From contig JBHLOY010000004.1 in NCBI GenBank assembly GCA_048939995.1, positions 64,001 to 128,000 of the forward strand: a stretch of DNA of 64,000 bases, read 5' to 3'. The notes below the pieces were generated by a model. The model did no database searches, was not told where the DNA came from, and was given only the letters and a program-made list of their open reading frames with translations. Shown piece after piece: positions 46,992 to 56,648 of the stretch. The position numbers were made by a program, and so were the translations under genes. The stretch comes from Promethearchaeota archaeon (GTDB lineage: Archaea; Asgardarchaeota; Lokiarchaeia; Sigyniarchaeales; SOKP01). Position 1 is the first letter of the stretch, and every line of letters begins with the position of its first letter.

Positions 46992-47082
46992 TGGGCCCGG
47001 CGTGATTTGAACACACGACCTTCCGCACGTCAAGCGGACGTCACTCCAGGCCTATAAGCTTACCAGGCTAGACCACGGGCCC
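46992..47082 (-). tRNA. tRNA-Val(GAC) with 17-nt non-canonical D-loop intron (47044-47060)
   Basis: Minus strand reads GGGCCCG-TG-GTCT-AGCCTGGTA-[AGCTTATAGGCCTGGAG]-TGAC-G-TCCGC-TTGACGT-GCGGA-AGGTC-GTGTG-TTCAAAT-CACGC-CGGGCCC-A; 74 nt after intron removal. Confidence 0.92.
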
Positions 47083-47263
47083 TTCTTATAATTTTATCAT
47101 TTAATAATTATCGAAATTAATAATATGTAATTTATTTTATTAAAGAATAAATATTTTATTGGTTTTTTTTACCTTTTTGGTATTTTAAGCTCAAAAACAT
47201 AAAGTCCCAAAAAAAAAAGTAAGGATTAATAATTTAATTGTAAATATATTATAGAAATTTTAT

Positions 47264-47419
47264 CTAGCCTTTTTCTCTTTCAAATACTAAGTAGAAAGAA
47301 GCTGCTAACTTTAATTCCCAACCCTCTACTGCCTGATTATTTAAGATTTCTTCGAATTCTTTTGCACGTTTTGAATTGGAATAGATATTACCTACAGTTT
47401 CTACCTTATATTCTTTCAA
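47264..47419 (-). CDS. Small DUF4177-like protein (51 aa), below the ORF-track cutoff
   Basis: Hand translation from TTG: MKEYKVETVGNIYSNSKRAKEFEEILNNQAVEGWELKLAASFYLVFEREKG. Matches the 'EYK..EE.LN....GWEL..FER' pattern; GGGTG SD upstream. Confidence 0.8.
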   Translation of the reverse strand: MKEYKVETVGNIYSNSKRAKEFEEILNNQAVEGWELKLAASFYLVFEREKG

Positions 47420-47568
47420 TTTTATTAACACCCAAAAAATGTGTTATGCAATCTAAAGTTAGGATTTTTATTATATAATTGTTAGGTATCTTTCTTAACA
47501 AGTTTAATTGAGATTATAAAAGTCACCATAAGACCAATTTAAATAAAAAAAAAAGAAATTGATTAAAA

Positions 47569-48213
47569 TTATAGAAGTCCAATAAAAAGTAAGAATTGAA
47601 AAGAGTAGATAGCTAGAAATAAAGAACCGAAAATAATAAACAAAGCTCTTTTAGTAAAGATACTGAAGATAAAAATTAGGATGACTGCCGCGATCATTGT
47701 GACATATGCAATCCAATTTAAAACATACAATATATACCCAAATGGAATTGGAATGCTAAATACTGCTGACGTTAATAAGATGATATTTCCAACCATGTTA
47801 AGTATCCATGTTATTAAGTATAGGATACCACCAACCAAGATGACAGTTCCACCATGTTCTCTATTGTTACTTCCGACCTTAATAAATCCAATTCCTAATA
47901 TAATATGTAAAACCTGGTAAACTATCCCGAATCCTAGAAACAAGTTATAGATATAAGCAATGATTATTTCCATTGGAGTTGGTGAAGAAAGGGAAATTGA
48001 TGGAATAACAAGCCGTTCCAGAATATACCAGACTAAAAGTATGATGCCGATGATAAATAAGAGCTTAGTAGACGCAAAATTGTGCTTTTTTAGATCCTTG
48101 CTTCCTAAAATGAGAAATAAGTATGCAAGGGTTAAAAGGATAAAAAAAATCCATGTTAACCAGGTCCAATACAGAAATACAAGCGGAAAAAAAAAATTAA
48201 ACGTTATGGTCAT
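47569..48213 (-). CDS. Multipass hypothetical membrane protein
   Basis: About 6 TM helices; GGTGA-6nt-ATG start. Confidence 0.8.
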   Translation of the reverse strand: MTITFNFFFPLVFLYWTWLTWIFFILLTLAYLFLILGSKDLKKHNFASTKLLFIIGIILLVWYILERLVIPSISLSSPTPMEIIIAYIYNLFLGFGIVYQVLHIILGIGFIKVGSNNREHGGTVILVGGILYLITWILNMVGNIILLTSAVFSIPIPFGYILYVLNWIAYVTMIAAVILIFIFSIFTKRALFIIFGSLFLAIYSFQFLLFIGLL

Positions 48214-48363
48214 TTTAAATCACCAAAATATTGGATGCTTTAATATTTAGAGTTATTACTATATAAAGCTTATCAAAAAAGAGTTGCAGGATTACTTTTT
48301 CAATTTAAACTTCGTTTAGTTATGGCTTAATTGAAAAAATTAAAAAATAAAATTTGGATTTAT

Positions 48364-49584
48364 TTAGATTTTCTTCTCTCTTAATGCTCTTATCATTGGG
48401 AGATCGTTGCCTGAAAGGATTTCTAACATTGCTCCTCCTGCAGTAGAAATAAATGAGACCTCATCTGCTAAACCTGCCATAGAAGCAGCAGCTCCCATTT
48501 CACCGCCCCCTATTATTGTTAATGCCCCATTTTCTTTCGTTGCCTTGACCATCGTCTTAACCATCTCATTGGTGGCCTCTCTGAAAACTTCTTTCTCAAA
48601 GATTCCTGGAGGTCCGTTTGCTACAATAGTTTTGCATTTCATTATAATCTCTTTGAATTTCTCTTCGGTTTTAGGACCAATATCTCCAGTTGTAGTATTA
48701 TATATTCCAGCATCATCAATAGTAATTACTTTTCTACTACCATTATCATCTATTACTAAATCTTCAGGAAGGATTATCTTATCTCTATATTTTTCATAAG
48801 TTTCTTTAATCATATCTTTATTTTCCTCTAGATCTTTAGCAATGATTTTATGATTTGGTTCTCCCATATTTTTACCGAGTGCTTCAAAAATCAAGATGGC
48901 AGTTAGTCCAGAACAAAGGGCATAATCTAGCTTTTCATTATCAAAATTATATTTCATAGCCTTGAATTTATCAATTGCCTTAGCACCACCTATTAACATA
49001 GACATAGGTTTTTCTGGTATATCCATTATTTTTTTTAAAGCATTTAATTCATTAGCGGTAATAGGACCAGCTAACATTTTAGGCCAACCCACGATAGAAA
49101 CGTGGGCTCGGTGGGCTGCTCCAAACGCGTCTACAATAACATAATCAACTAGGGGATATAATGTTTTAACCATCTCAGTATTTTCAGCATCTTTAAAAGT
49201 TTTGTATTTTGCCATTTCACCCTCCCATTTTCTAATATTATTCAAAACTAGGATTTCTCCTGGTTTTAAATCTTTAATTGCTTGAACAGCTTTTTCACCA
49301 AAAATATCGGGCACAAATTTTACTGGACGCCCTAATTCTTTTTCAATCTCCCTAGCATGAAGATCTAAATCCGTGAAATCTTCATTTCCGGGTCGCGATT
49401 GATGTGCCATTATTATCACCGCGCTATCTTTTATTTCTTCTAAGGCGGGAACTAATGCACGAATTCTTGGAGAATCCCTTATCTCCATCTTCTCAACATC
49501 AATATTAGAATTGATGTCTACACGCATTAACACTTTTTTTCCTTTTAAATCAACATCTTTATAGGATGTGTAATCGATTTTCAT
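48364..49584 (-). CDS. pgk: Phosphoglycerate kinase
   Basis: RVDINS, HQSRPG, DAFGAAHR, GGAK, NGPPGIFE, IGGG and STAGGA motifs. Confidence 0.96.
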   Translation of the reverse strand: MKIDYTSYKDVDLKGKKVLMRVDINSNIDVEKMEIRDSPRIRALVPALEEIKDSAVIIMAHQSRPGNEDFTDLDLHAREIEKELGRPVKFVPDIFGEKAVQAIKDLKPGEILVLNNIRKWEGEMAKYKTFKDAENTEMVKTLYPLVDYVIVDAFGAAHRAHVSIVGWPKMLAGPITANELNALKKIMDIPEKPMSMLIGGAKAIDKFKAMKYNFDNEKLDYALCSGLTAILIFEALGKNMGEPNHKIIAKDLEENKDMIKETYEKYRDKIILPEDLVIDDNGSRKVITIDDAGIYNTTTGDIGPKTEEKFKEIIMKCKTIVANGPPGIFEKEVFREATNEMVKTMVKATKENGALTIIGGGEMGAAASMAGLADEVSFISTAGGAMLEILSGNDLPMIRALREKKI

Positions 49585-49706
49585 TTCAATTATCACTTTT
49601 ATTTTAGATTTGAAAGTAGATTTTACATGATTATAATATTTACTATCAGAAAAGTATTGATAAGTTAATACTTTTTTTGTATGCTAATTAAAAACTAATT
49701 TTCAAT

Positions 49707-50447
49707 TTAACTAACTTTTTGCATGATATAAAACACATAACCATAAAATTTAGAATATTTTCTGAAAATCTCAATTTCTTCTAGCTCCTCATCTAGTTGC
49801 TTCTGAATCTTATGATCATTTTGATATTATTTACGTAAAAAAGAAATCCTTTTCTCTAAAGGGTGATAATAATTATCCCACCAACTCGAATCTGGAACAT
49901 TGAAAAAGTTTATCATTTCATAATTATTTTCTATGATTAGCTTTTGATTCTCTTCAATAGTTTTAATGGCTGGGTAAGCTTTATCCCAAAAATCTTTTAA
50001 TTCAGAAGGAGGATTCTCCTTTAACCATGAAACTTCCGTGACTACAAAAAATCCCTTACTTTTTAAGAATTTCTGCCAGTCTTTTAGAGCATTTTCAAAT
50101 CCATAAATGTACACAGCTCCTTCCGACCAAATAATATGAAAACTCTCCTCAGCAAAATCCAGAGAAAACATCGATTTATTTATTGTTTGTATTTTATTAA
50201 TCACACCTACTTTTTTAGCCCGTTTAACTAATTCATCCAAAAAAGGTTGATGATTATCAAGCGCGATTATTGTTCCATTTATTAGTTTAGCTAACTGTAT
50301 TGTTTGCATTCCAGGTCCACATCCAACATCTAAAATACAAATATTAGCTGGTAAACCTTTGAGGTATAAATAAGCTTTTTTAGTGGATTTATTATCGCCT
50401 GGACCTTCTCTGGGTAAATTACTATGAATTTCAAAAAAAAATTCCAT
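49707..50447 (-). pseudogene. Class I SAM methyltransferase interrupted by an in-frame TAA at 49827-49829
   Basis: LPREGPG, LDVGCGPG and IWSEGA motifs. After the TAA the same frame continues YQNDHKIQKQLDEELEEIEIFRKYSKFYGYVFYIMQKVS*, which is the family's usual C-terminus. Confidence 0.75.
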
Positions 50448-50503
50448 TTATAATCAATCCTATTTATTTGATTTAATTAGAAGTAATCATTAAAATATAT
50501 TAA

Positions 50504-51013
50504 ATGATAACATTTGAGAAGGGAAAAAAGCGATTTGCCTTTAGAATTGCTGGTGTTGCTATTTCAAACAACAATATTTTGTTGCATAGGAGTGTAGGAG
50601 ATGATTTTTGGGCCCTACCTGGAGGACGATGTGAACTTTTGGAAAATTCTAAGGATACACTCATAAGAGAGATAAAAGAAGAAATCGGAGTTGAGATTAA
50701 GATTGTAAGACCACTCTATTTTGTAGAAAATTTTTTTAATTATGAAAATCGAGCCTGTCATGAAGTATCAATTATCTATTTGATGCAATTTCCTCCAGAA
50801 TCTAAAAAAGTTGTTGAAAAAGATACTTTTTATGGACATGAATCTCAGCTAGGGTTTGAAAAAGATGACGTTTATGGAAAAGAACTTAGACTAATCTTTA
50901 GATGGTTTAATATAAACGAACTTGAAAATCTTAAGGTATACCCCTCATTTTTACGTACATCACTTAAGAATATTAAACCTTTTCCCGAACACATAATACA
51001 TAAAGATAATTAG
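50504..51013 (+). CDS. NUDIX hydrolase
   Basis: Nudix box WALPGGRCELLENSKDTLIREIKEEIG. Confidence 0.92.
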   Translation: MITFEKGKKRFAFRIAGVAISNNNILLHRSVGDDFWALPGGRCELLENSKDTLIREIKEEIGVEIKIVRPLYFVENFFNYENRACHEVSIIYLMQFPPESKKVVEKDTFYGHESQLGFEKDDVYGKELRLIFRWFNINELENLKVYPSFLRTSLKNIKPFPEHIIHKDN

Positions 51014-51042
51014 GAGCAATTATTAATCTATTGTGAAAGTAT

Positions 51043-51822
51043 ATGGAAGATATGAGAGATATTTTGAACAAACTATTGAATAAGGAATGTTCTATTGAAG
51101 AAGCAGAGAAACTATTAAAAGCTAACTTGATTGAGGAAGTAGGAGATCTTGCTAAATTAGATATTTATAGAAAGACTCGTACAGGCGTAGTTGAAGTAAT
51201 ATATGCTGAAAATAAAATACCTACTACTGTTATTGAAATTGCTAAAAAATTCTTAAAGAGTAAGAGATTTACCATAATTTCAAGATATAAAAAAGATCAA
51301 AAAGATGCTATTAAGAAAGAATTTGAAAATAATGAGAACTATGTTTTACACTTCAATGAATTGGCTAAGACTATAATTATAAAGGAAAAAGACCTTGAAT
51401 TCCAAAAAAAAAGTGGGATTGTAGGAATAATAACTGCTGGAAGCTCTGACATTCCGGTAGCAGAAGAAGCAAAAGTCATCGCCGAGTCGATGGGTTGCAA
51501 AGTTATTACTAGTTATGATTTAGGTATTGCAGGAATCCACCGTATTTTTAACCCTCTTAGTGATATGATAAAAAACGGAGTTCACATTATTATCGTCTGT
51601 GCTGGAATGGAGGGAACGTTACCTGGTGTTGTTGCTGCTCTTGTAGATGTCCCAGTTATAGGTGTTCCAGTATCAAGCGGTTATGGTTTAGGAGAAAAAG
51701 GTTTAGGCGCTTTAACAACTATGTTACAATCTTGTTCTCCCGGACTTTTGGTAGTAAATATTGATAATGGTTTTGGAGCAGGAGCTTCTGCTGCTTTAAT
51801 TGCAAATCAAATAGCTAAGTAA
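51043..51822 (+). CDS. larB: Nickel-pincer cofactor biosynthesis carboxylase/hydrolase LarB
   Basis: R..RTG..EVIY...K, AGSSDIPVAEEA, GIAGIHR, AGMEGTLP, PVSSGYG and VNIDNGFGA motifs. Confidence 0.93.
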   Translation: MEDMRDILNKLLNKECSIEEAEKLLKANLIEEVGDLAKLDIYRKTRTGVVEVIYAENKIPTTVIEIAKKFLKSKRFTIISRYKKDQKDAIKKEFENNENYVLHFNELAKTIIIKEKDLEFQKKSGIVGIITAGSSDIPVAEEAKVIAESMGCKVITSYDLGIAGIHRIFNPLSDMIKNGVHIIIVCAGMEGTLPGVVAALVDVPVIGVPVSSGYGLGEKGLGALTTMLQSCSPGLLVVNIDNGFGAGASAALIANQIAK

Positions 51823-51923
51823 TTGTTTCAAGAATATTTGATTCATAAAAAACTATAAATATATCTTAAATGAATTAAATAAACAATCTATTTTAAAAAG
51901 AAATTGAAAATGGTTGATTTGAT

Positions 51924-52589
51924 ATGGTTCCTACTCCTGCTTCATTAGAAGCGTGGTCAAAATTGAGGGTATTAAATCCCGATACAGGATGGTACATAAT
52001 CCCCCTCCTCGCTATTGTGCTCTATATTTACGGAGTCGAAATTAAAAAAGCAAGAGAGACGAAGGATTGGAGTACTATATTTGCAGGATTGACGATCTTA
52101 GGCTTAGACTTAATTAATGAAATCTGGAACGCTTTGGTTTTCGCTTTTTCTCAATATTCTGCTTTTTGGACGACTCCAGGAGCAAGTGCTTATATAATTT
52201 TAGTTGGATGGAATATTGAGATTTTCTTCATGTTTGCAATTGCTGGGATTATTTTTGCCAAGTTTCTCCCTAAAGATAAAGACGAAAGGATGTTTGGAGG
52301 TAGAATCCCAAATAGATGGGCCATGGCTACAGGCTTTGCACTATTTTGTGTTATTGTAGAAGTATTTCTAAACTTAGGAGGCTATCTTATTTGGGAATAT
52401 CCGTTCTGGCATTGGACATGGGGATTTGGTTTGATACCTATTTTCTTCATAGGTTACTTCTATTTCTTCGTAGGTGCTTTTTATGTATATGATAAACCGG
52501 AGTTAAAAGATAAAATAAAGATAGTTGGGATAATCTATGCCATCGGAATAGTTGCCTTATGTATTTTCATTCCACTTGGTTTGATGTAA
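51924..52589 (+). CDS. Conserved multipass membrane protein
   Basis: About 6 TM helices; WYIIPLLA, NEIWNAL and LVGWNIEI.FMF motifs. Confidence 0.8.
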   Translation: MVPTPASLEAWSKLRVLNPDTGWYIIPLLAIVLYIYGVEIKKARETKDWSTIFAGLTILGLDLINEIWNALVFAFSQYSAFWTTPGASAYIILVGWNIEIFFMFAIAGIIFAKFLPKDKDERMFGGRIPNRWAMATGFALFCVIVEVFLNLGGYLIWEYPFWHWTWGFGLIPIFFIGYFYFFVGAFYVYDKPELKDKIKIVGIIYAIGIVALCIFIPLGLM

Positions 52590-52936
52590 ACAATAATTTT
52601 TTTCTTTTTTATAAAAATTACGATTTCAATTTCATTAAACAGAGATAAAAAAAATATTATTTTTGCATCTAATTTTTTGTTGTTTTTTCATAATTTTGGA
52701 TTTATATAAACGATTATTTGAACAAAATTACATAAAACATCCTTATAATCTTATTAAGAATTAGACCATATTTTATTAACATTCACAACACCAAGCTAAA
52801 AAAGTAGTTTTCGGGCGTAAGACACATACTTTAGAATAATAGGAAAGTATAAATAGGTAAATCAATATAGATAATATTGAAGCTAATTCTATATAAAATC
52901 TACAGAAAAAAATTTTGTAAACTATAGTTGAGACCG

Positions 52937-53470
52937 ATGGTCGCAACCATTGAAGATTTTGAAAGGTCAAAACAATTTTTTGAAAGTGGCGATATACTTA
53001 GCACCATAGAGAGCTATGAGAAAGCGATTAATCACATTGAGCGCTCGAAAACAATTCAGAAAGAGGAATTAATAAATTTCTTGGATAATATTTTAAAATA
53101 TTGTCAAGAAAATAACTTAAAGACCGAGGAGGCAATGGTTCTTAGAGCTATAGGCCGCACATATACTAAATTCAAACAATATCCATTAGGCTTAAAATAT
53201 TCCTACCAATCATTAAAGATCCAGAAGAAACTCGGTAAAAAACTGGATATAGCAGAAAGTCTAGTGTTTTTGGCAGAGGATCTTGAGGTTTCTGGTAATT
53301 ATAACGAATGTATTAAAACATTTAACGAAGCTGCAGAAATATTCCATGAGTTAGGTAAATTAAGAAAAGAAAAGGACATTAAAAGAGAGATTTCTCGGTT
53401 GAAAGAATTTTCAAAGGAAATAACTGAAGATGAATACCTATTACATAAATTTAACATTGATAAATTTTAA
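52937..53470 (+). CDS. TPR-repeat protein
   Basis: Repeats such as 'EAMVLRAIGRTY....YPLGLKYSYQSLKI' and 'AESLVFLA.......Y..C...F..A..IF'. Confidence 0.85.
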   Translation: MVATIEDFERSKQFFESGDILSTIESYEKAINHIERSKTIQKEELINFLDNILKYCQENNLKTEEAMVLRAIGRTYTKFKQYPLGLKYSYQSLKIQKKLGKKLDIAESLVFLAEDLEVSGNYNECIKTFNEAAEIFHELGKLRKEKDIKREISRLKEFSKEITEDEYLLHKFNIDKF

Positions 53471-53526
53471 ATTAGAATAGAATCAAAAGAAAAAATCAAC
53501 TTACTTTCTTTTTTTTTATATATTTA

Positions 53527-54825
53527 TTAGTAATCAAAACCCTTAACCTCTTCGGATAAAGACTTTAACTTTTCTTGAGCATAAGTGAGAATTTGTTTCA
53601 CAGGAATTCCAGTTTCTTTACTAACTCTTTTAAGATCTTCATATTCAGGTTTAATATTAACAATTTTTTTTCCCTTTTCTGTTTCATAATAAGAGATCTT
53701 ATATGAGATGCGGTAAAGGTTCCCTTGGACTTTCAATTCTGCAGTAACTATATCCCTATCTATACATACCCTTTTTAGAGCGTTAAATCTTACACCAAGA
53801 GTTCCTAATTCATCTAGTAAAGTTTCAATAATTTTAAAACTGTTTTCGGGGTGACACAATACTTTTACGATGTGACCCGGTCTATTTTTTTTAGTAATAC
53901 TCGGGATAACTTGAATATCAAGAATCTGTTTATTTTCCAAAATTTTAATTAAATTTCCTAATAATTCTCCAGAAACATCATCAACATCGGTTTCAATCAC
54001 AACAATATCCTCGACATATCTTTTCAAGAAATGTTGATTAGATTGAATTGCCTTATTGGATTCCTCACCATAGAAAATCCGTAAGATATTAAGGAAATCC
54101 TTAAACTCTTTATCCCCTGTGCTATAAACTACTTTTTTAATTATCATTTCATTAACATAGCTAGAGAATTTGGGCTTTAGATTAACTAATAAAGCTGCGC
54201 CAGTTGGAGTAACTAATTCATTCTCTATAGGACCGGATTCAGTTGTTAAGTTAGAATTTTCTAATATTTTTATCGTAGCTGGTGCGGGAATAGCTAGTAT
54301 TCCATGTGCTGTTTTAATTTTACCTGCTCCTAATGGTAGTTTGCTACAATATATTTCAAAAGGTTCTCCAAAATATCCTATAATATCTAAAGTTTTTGAT
54401 ACTCCTATTATATCCAATAATGTGTCCACTGAACTCAATTCATGTAAATGAATATTATTTATTAAAGAATCATGAACTTCTCCTTCTGCTTGAAATAAAG
54501 TCCCTAAAACATTAATAGCGTACTCTTTTGCTGATTCAGAAAACTTTTTTTCATTTAAAAATCTTTGTAATGAATCTTTTAGGTTATTTGCTGACCTATC
54601 ATGCTTATTTTCTTCAATATCTAGTTTAAGATGATTAACCACTATTCCAGTTCTTTTTACTTTTTCTAAATCAATCTCAAGCTTTTTAACTCCTTTGATG
54701 TAATTCTTTAAAATTTTTAGCTCATCTAATACATATTTAGGGTCAGAAATCAAACCTAATAAGGCAGCCAAGAGCATATCTCCAGAAATTCCAGAATTAG
54801 AGGTGTCAATATACAATACTTTCAT
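53527..54825 (-). CDS. larC: Nickel-pincer cofactor nickel insertase LarC
   Basis: SGISGDMLLAAL, AEGEVH, HLHE...DT..DI, HGILAIPAPAT, ELVTPTGAA, ETDVDD, KKNRPG, TLGVR and KPEYED motifs. Confidence 0.94.
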   Translation of the reverse strand: MKVLYIDTSNSGISGDMLLAALLGLISDPKYVLDELKILKNYIKGVKKLEIDLEKVKRTGIVVNHLKLDIEENKHDRSANNLKDSLQRFLNEKKFSESAKEYAINVLGTLFQAEGEVHDSLINNIHLHELSSVDTLLDIIGVSKTLDIIGYFGEPFEIYCSKLPLGAGKIKTAHGILAIPAPATIKILENSNLTTESGPIENELVTPTGAALLVNLKPKFSSYVNEMIIKKVVYSTGDKEFKDFLNILRIFYGEESNKAIQSNQHFLKRYVEDIVVIETDVDDVSGELLGNLIKILENKQILDIQVIPSITKKNRPGHIVKVLCHPENSFKIIETLLDELGTLGVRFNALKRVCIDRDIVTAELKVQGNLYRISYKISYYETEKGKKIVNIKPEYEDLKRVSKETGIPVKQILTYAQEKLKSLSEEVKGFDY

Positions 54826-54986
54826 TCATTACTCACTTTTCAAGAAATTAAATAATTTTTTCTTTAATAAGAATTGGGGTAAAATACTAGTACTAAAAAT
54901 AATAAATTCTAATTATTTTATGATAATTATTATAATAATTAAGAACTAATAATATTAAATTAAACTAATAATTTTGGGACTATAGA

Positions 54987-55721
54987 ATGAGTGAACTTCA
55001 AACTATTAAATGTTATTTGAACCAGTTACCTGCTACATTTTTAAAATTACTAAATATTGATCCTCCTCTTGATGTCCTTCCAGAACCAGTAGATTCTATG
55101 ATCGAAGCATATCAAGGCATTGAAAGAATCAGTATAAATCTCATTGATAATTTTGGTCTTTTTGAAATCACATATCATAAACCTGAGTTTATGATTAGGC
55201 AATCAGAAATGATGTTGTTATTATCCACTAAAAATCCATATACTTTAGGGGTGCTTCACCAAATTTTTTATGGGGGTTTTACGATGGAACCCAATGGTTT
55301 TCACCTTTTGCGATATCTTAATGAAAACGGAAAAAAATCATGCTTAATTGGTAGAAAGAAAGATGTAGAGCGATATGCTGGTGGAACGCTTTCAGTCCCT
55401 AAAGATACTGACATGGCAACTTGGATTGAGAGTGCGAAAACCATTAATAATTTTGACATATCACTAATGCATTATCTAGATTTTGAAAATCTTCATAAAC
55501 AACAACAAGCTTTGAAACAAAGGACTCCCGAAGACTTGATTGAAAAGTTAATTCTTCGTACAGATAAATGGATTTTAAGTAATTACAAACAATTAAGAGC
55601 TAATTCTTTAATGATAATTCTTGGAGATCATGGGCGCGTAAAACTAAACTTAGAATATTCTGGTAAGATTGCACAATGGCGTGAAGCATCAGTTCCAATT
55701 GCGATTGTTATAAAGAAATAA
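54987..55721 (+). CDS. Short alkaline-phosphatase-superfamily-like protein
   Basis: LIDNFGL, HYLDFENLH, IILGDHG and SVP correspond to the AP/NPP core strands; the protein is reduced in size. Confidence 0.55.
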   Translation: MSELQTIKCYLNQLPATFLKLLNIDPPLDVLPEPVDSMIEAYQGIERISINLIDNFGLFEITYHKPEFMIRQSEMMLLLSTKNPYTLGVLHQIFYGGFTMEPNGFHLLRYLNENGKKSCLIGRKKDVERYAGGTLSVPKDTDMATWIESAKTINNFDISLMHYLDFENLHKQQQALKQRTPEDLIEKLILRTDKWILSNYKQLRANSLMIILGDHGRVKLNLEYSGKIAQWREASVPIAIVIKK

Positions 55722-55750
55722 ATCAAACTAATTATACTATTTTATGAAAT

Positions 55751-56302
55751 ATGGAAGAATATAAACGATTTACAGTCTCTCTTCCCAAAGATCTTTATGA
55801 TGAATTTGAGATTTTTAGAGAAACTATAAATATTTCTAGGTCTGACGCAATTAGGAAAGCAATGAAATCATTAATGGTGAGTGAAGAATATATCTCTGTT
55901 ATCTCTGGAAATGTTGTTGGTTGCATCTCTATAATCATGACTCATAAACACTTTGAGCAAAAAGATATTAATGAAAGTAAAGAGAAAATATACGATTTAA
56001 ATCGACATCAACATGGAATGGATCACGATGAATCTTATCATAGCCATGATTTTAGTTCAAGACCTGTTTATGCAAATATCCTACAGACAGATGAAATTTT
56101 AAAGAATGATATTCAACATCATTTTCATGACATTATTATATCTGCTTTGCATGTTCACTTAGAATATGAAAAATGTTTGGAAATTATTGCTGTTTCAGGA
56201 CCATATCAACGAGTAAGAAAGTTAAAAGATGATTTACAGAGATTAAAAAGTGTTTTATCAATAGGTTTTTTCATTGTTGATAAGGAATTAAAAAGAGATT
56301 AG
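55751..56302 (+). CDS. nikR: Nickel-responsive regulator NikR with His-rich insertion
   Basis: RHH domain RFTVSLP..SRSDAIRKA; Ni-binding domain DIQH..ISALHVHL...CLEII.V.G. Confidence 0.9.
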   Translation: MEEYKRFTVSLPKDLYDEFEIFRETINISRSDAIRKAMKSLMVSEEYISVISGNVVGCISIIMTHKHFEQKDINESKEKIYDLNRHQHGMDHDESYHSHDFSSRPVYANILQTDEILKNDIQHHFHDIIISALHVHLEYEKCLEIIAVSGPYQRVRKLKDDLQRLKSVLSIGFFIVDKELKRD

Positions 56303-56333
56303 CGTTTAAAGATTTAAGGAGAAGGAGAGAATG

Positions 56334-56407
56334 TAGAATAAAAAATTCTACTTAAAAAGGGTAGGGTTAACGGATAAGGCGATTTTTTTTTAGAATTTTT
56401 TATTCTA
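56334..56407. repeat. Perfect 17-bp inverted repeat with 40-nt spacer
   Basis: TAGAATAAAAAATTCTA (56334-56350) and TAGAATTTTTTATTCTA (56391-56407). Confidence 0.8.
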
Positions 56408-56648
56408 TAAGTTGTGTATGTAATGACTATAAATTATAAAAAACATAATTTAAATGAAAATACAGTATAAAATTTTTGATTTTCTCTTGTTCTCATCTTA
56501 TTTTTATCATTTTTTGACGTATAAGTAAGATTTTTATATCTAATCATTATTATACATTGTGTTGAAATCTAAGAAAAAACTAATTATATTATAATTCAAA
56601 TGATTTCAAGAAAATTGATTTTCTTCTAATCATATAGGTGCTCAAAAA

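Noticed and set aside
44377-47082. Integrated element bounded by the two tRNA genes
   Set aside because: No integrase, no duplicated tRNA 3' end and no mobile-element genes.
5346-49144. Many short antisense or alternate-frame ORFs in the track (e.g. 5346-5588, 5772-6062, 14497-14763, 29933-30698, 38390-38890, 48407-48799)
   Set aside because: They lie inside well-supported genes and lack motifs or SD sites, so they are shadow ORFs.
52776-52970. 64-aa minus-strand ORF with a hydrophobic stretch ending in WCCEC (resembles a Rab prenylation motif)
   Set aside because: It overlaps the TPR gene start head-to-head, has no SD and no recognisable family. Probably chance, though not excluded.
54826-54986. 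Possible NikR operator between larC and the AP-like/nikR genes
   Set aside because: Only low-complexity AT palindromes; no convincing GTATGA-N16-TCATAC-like dyad.
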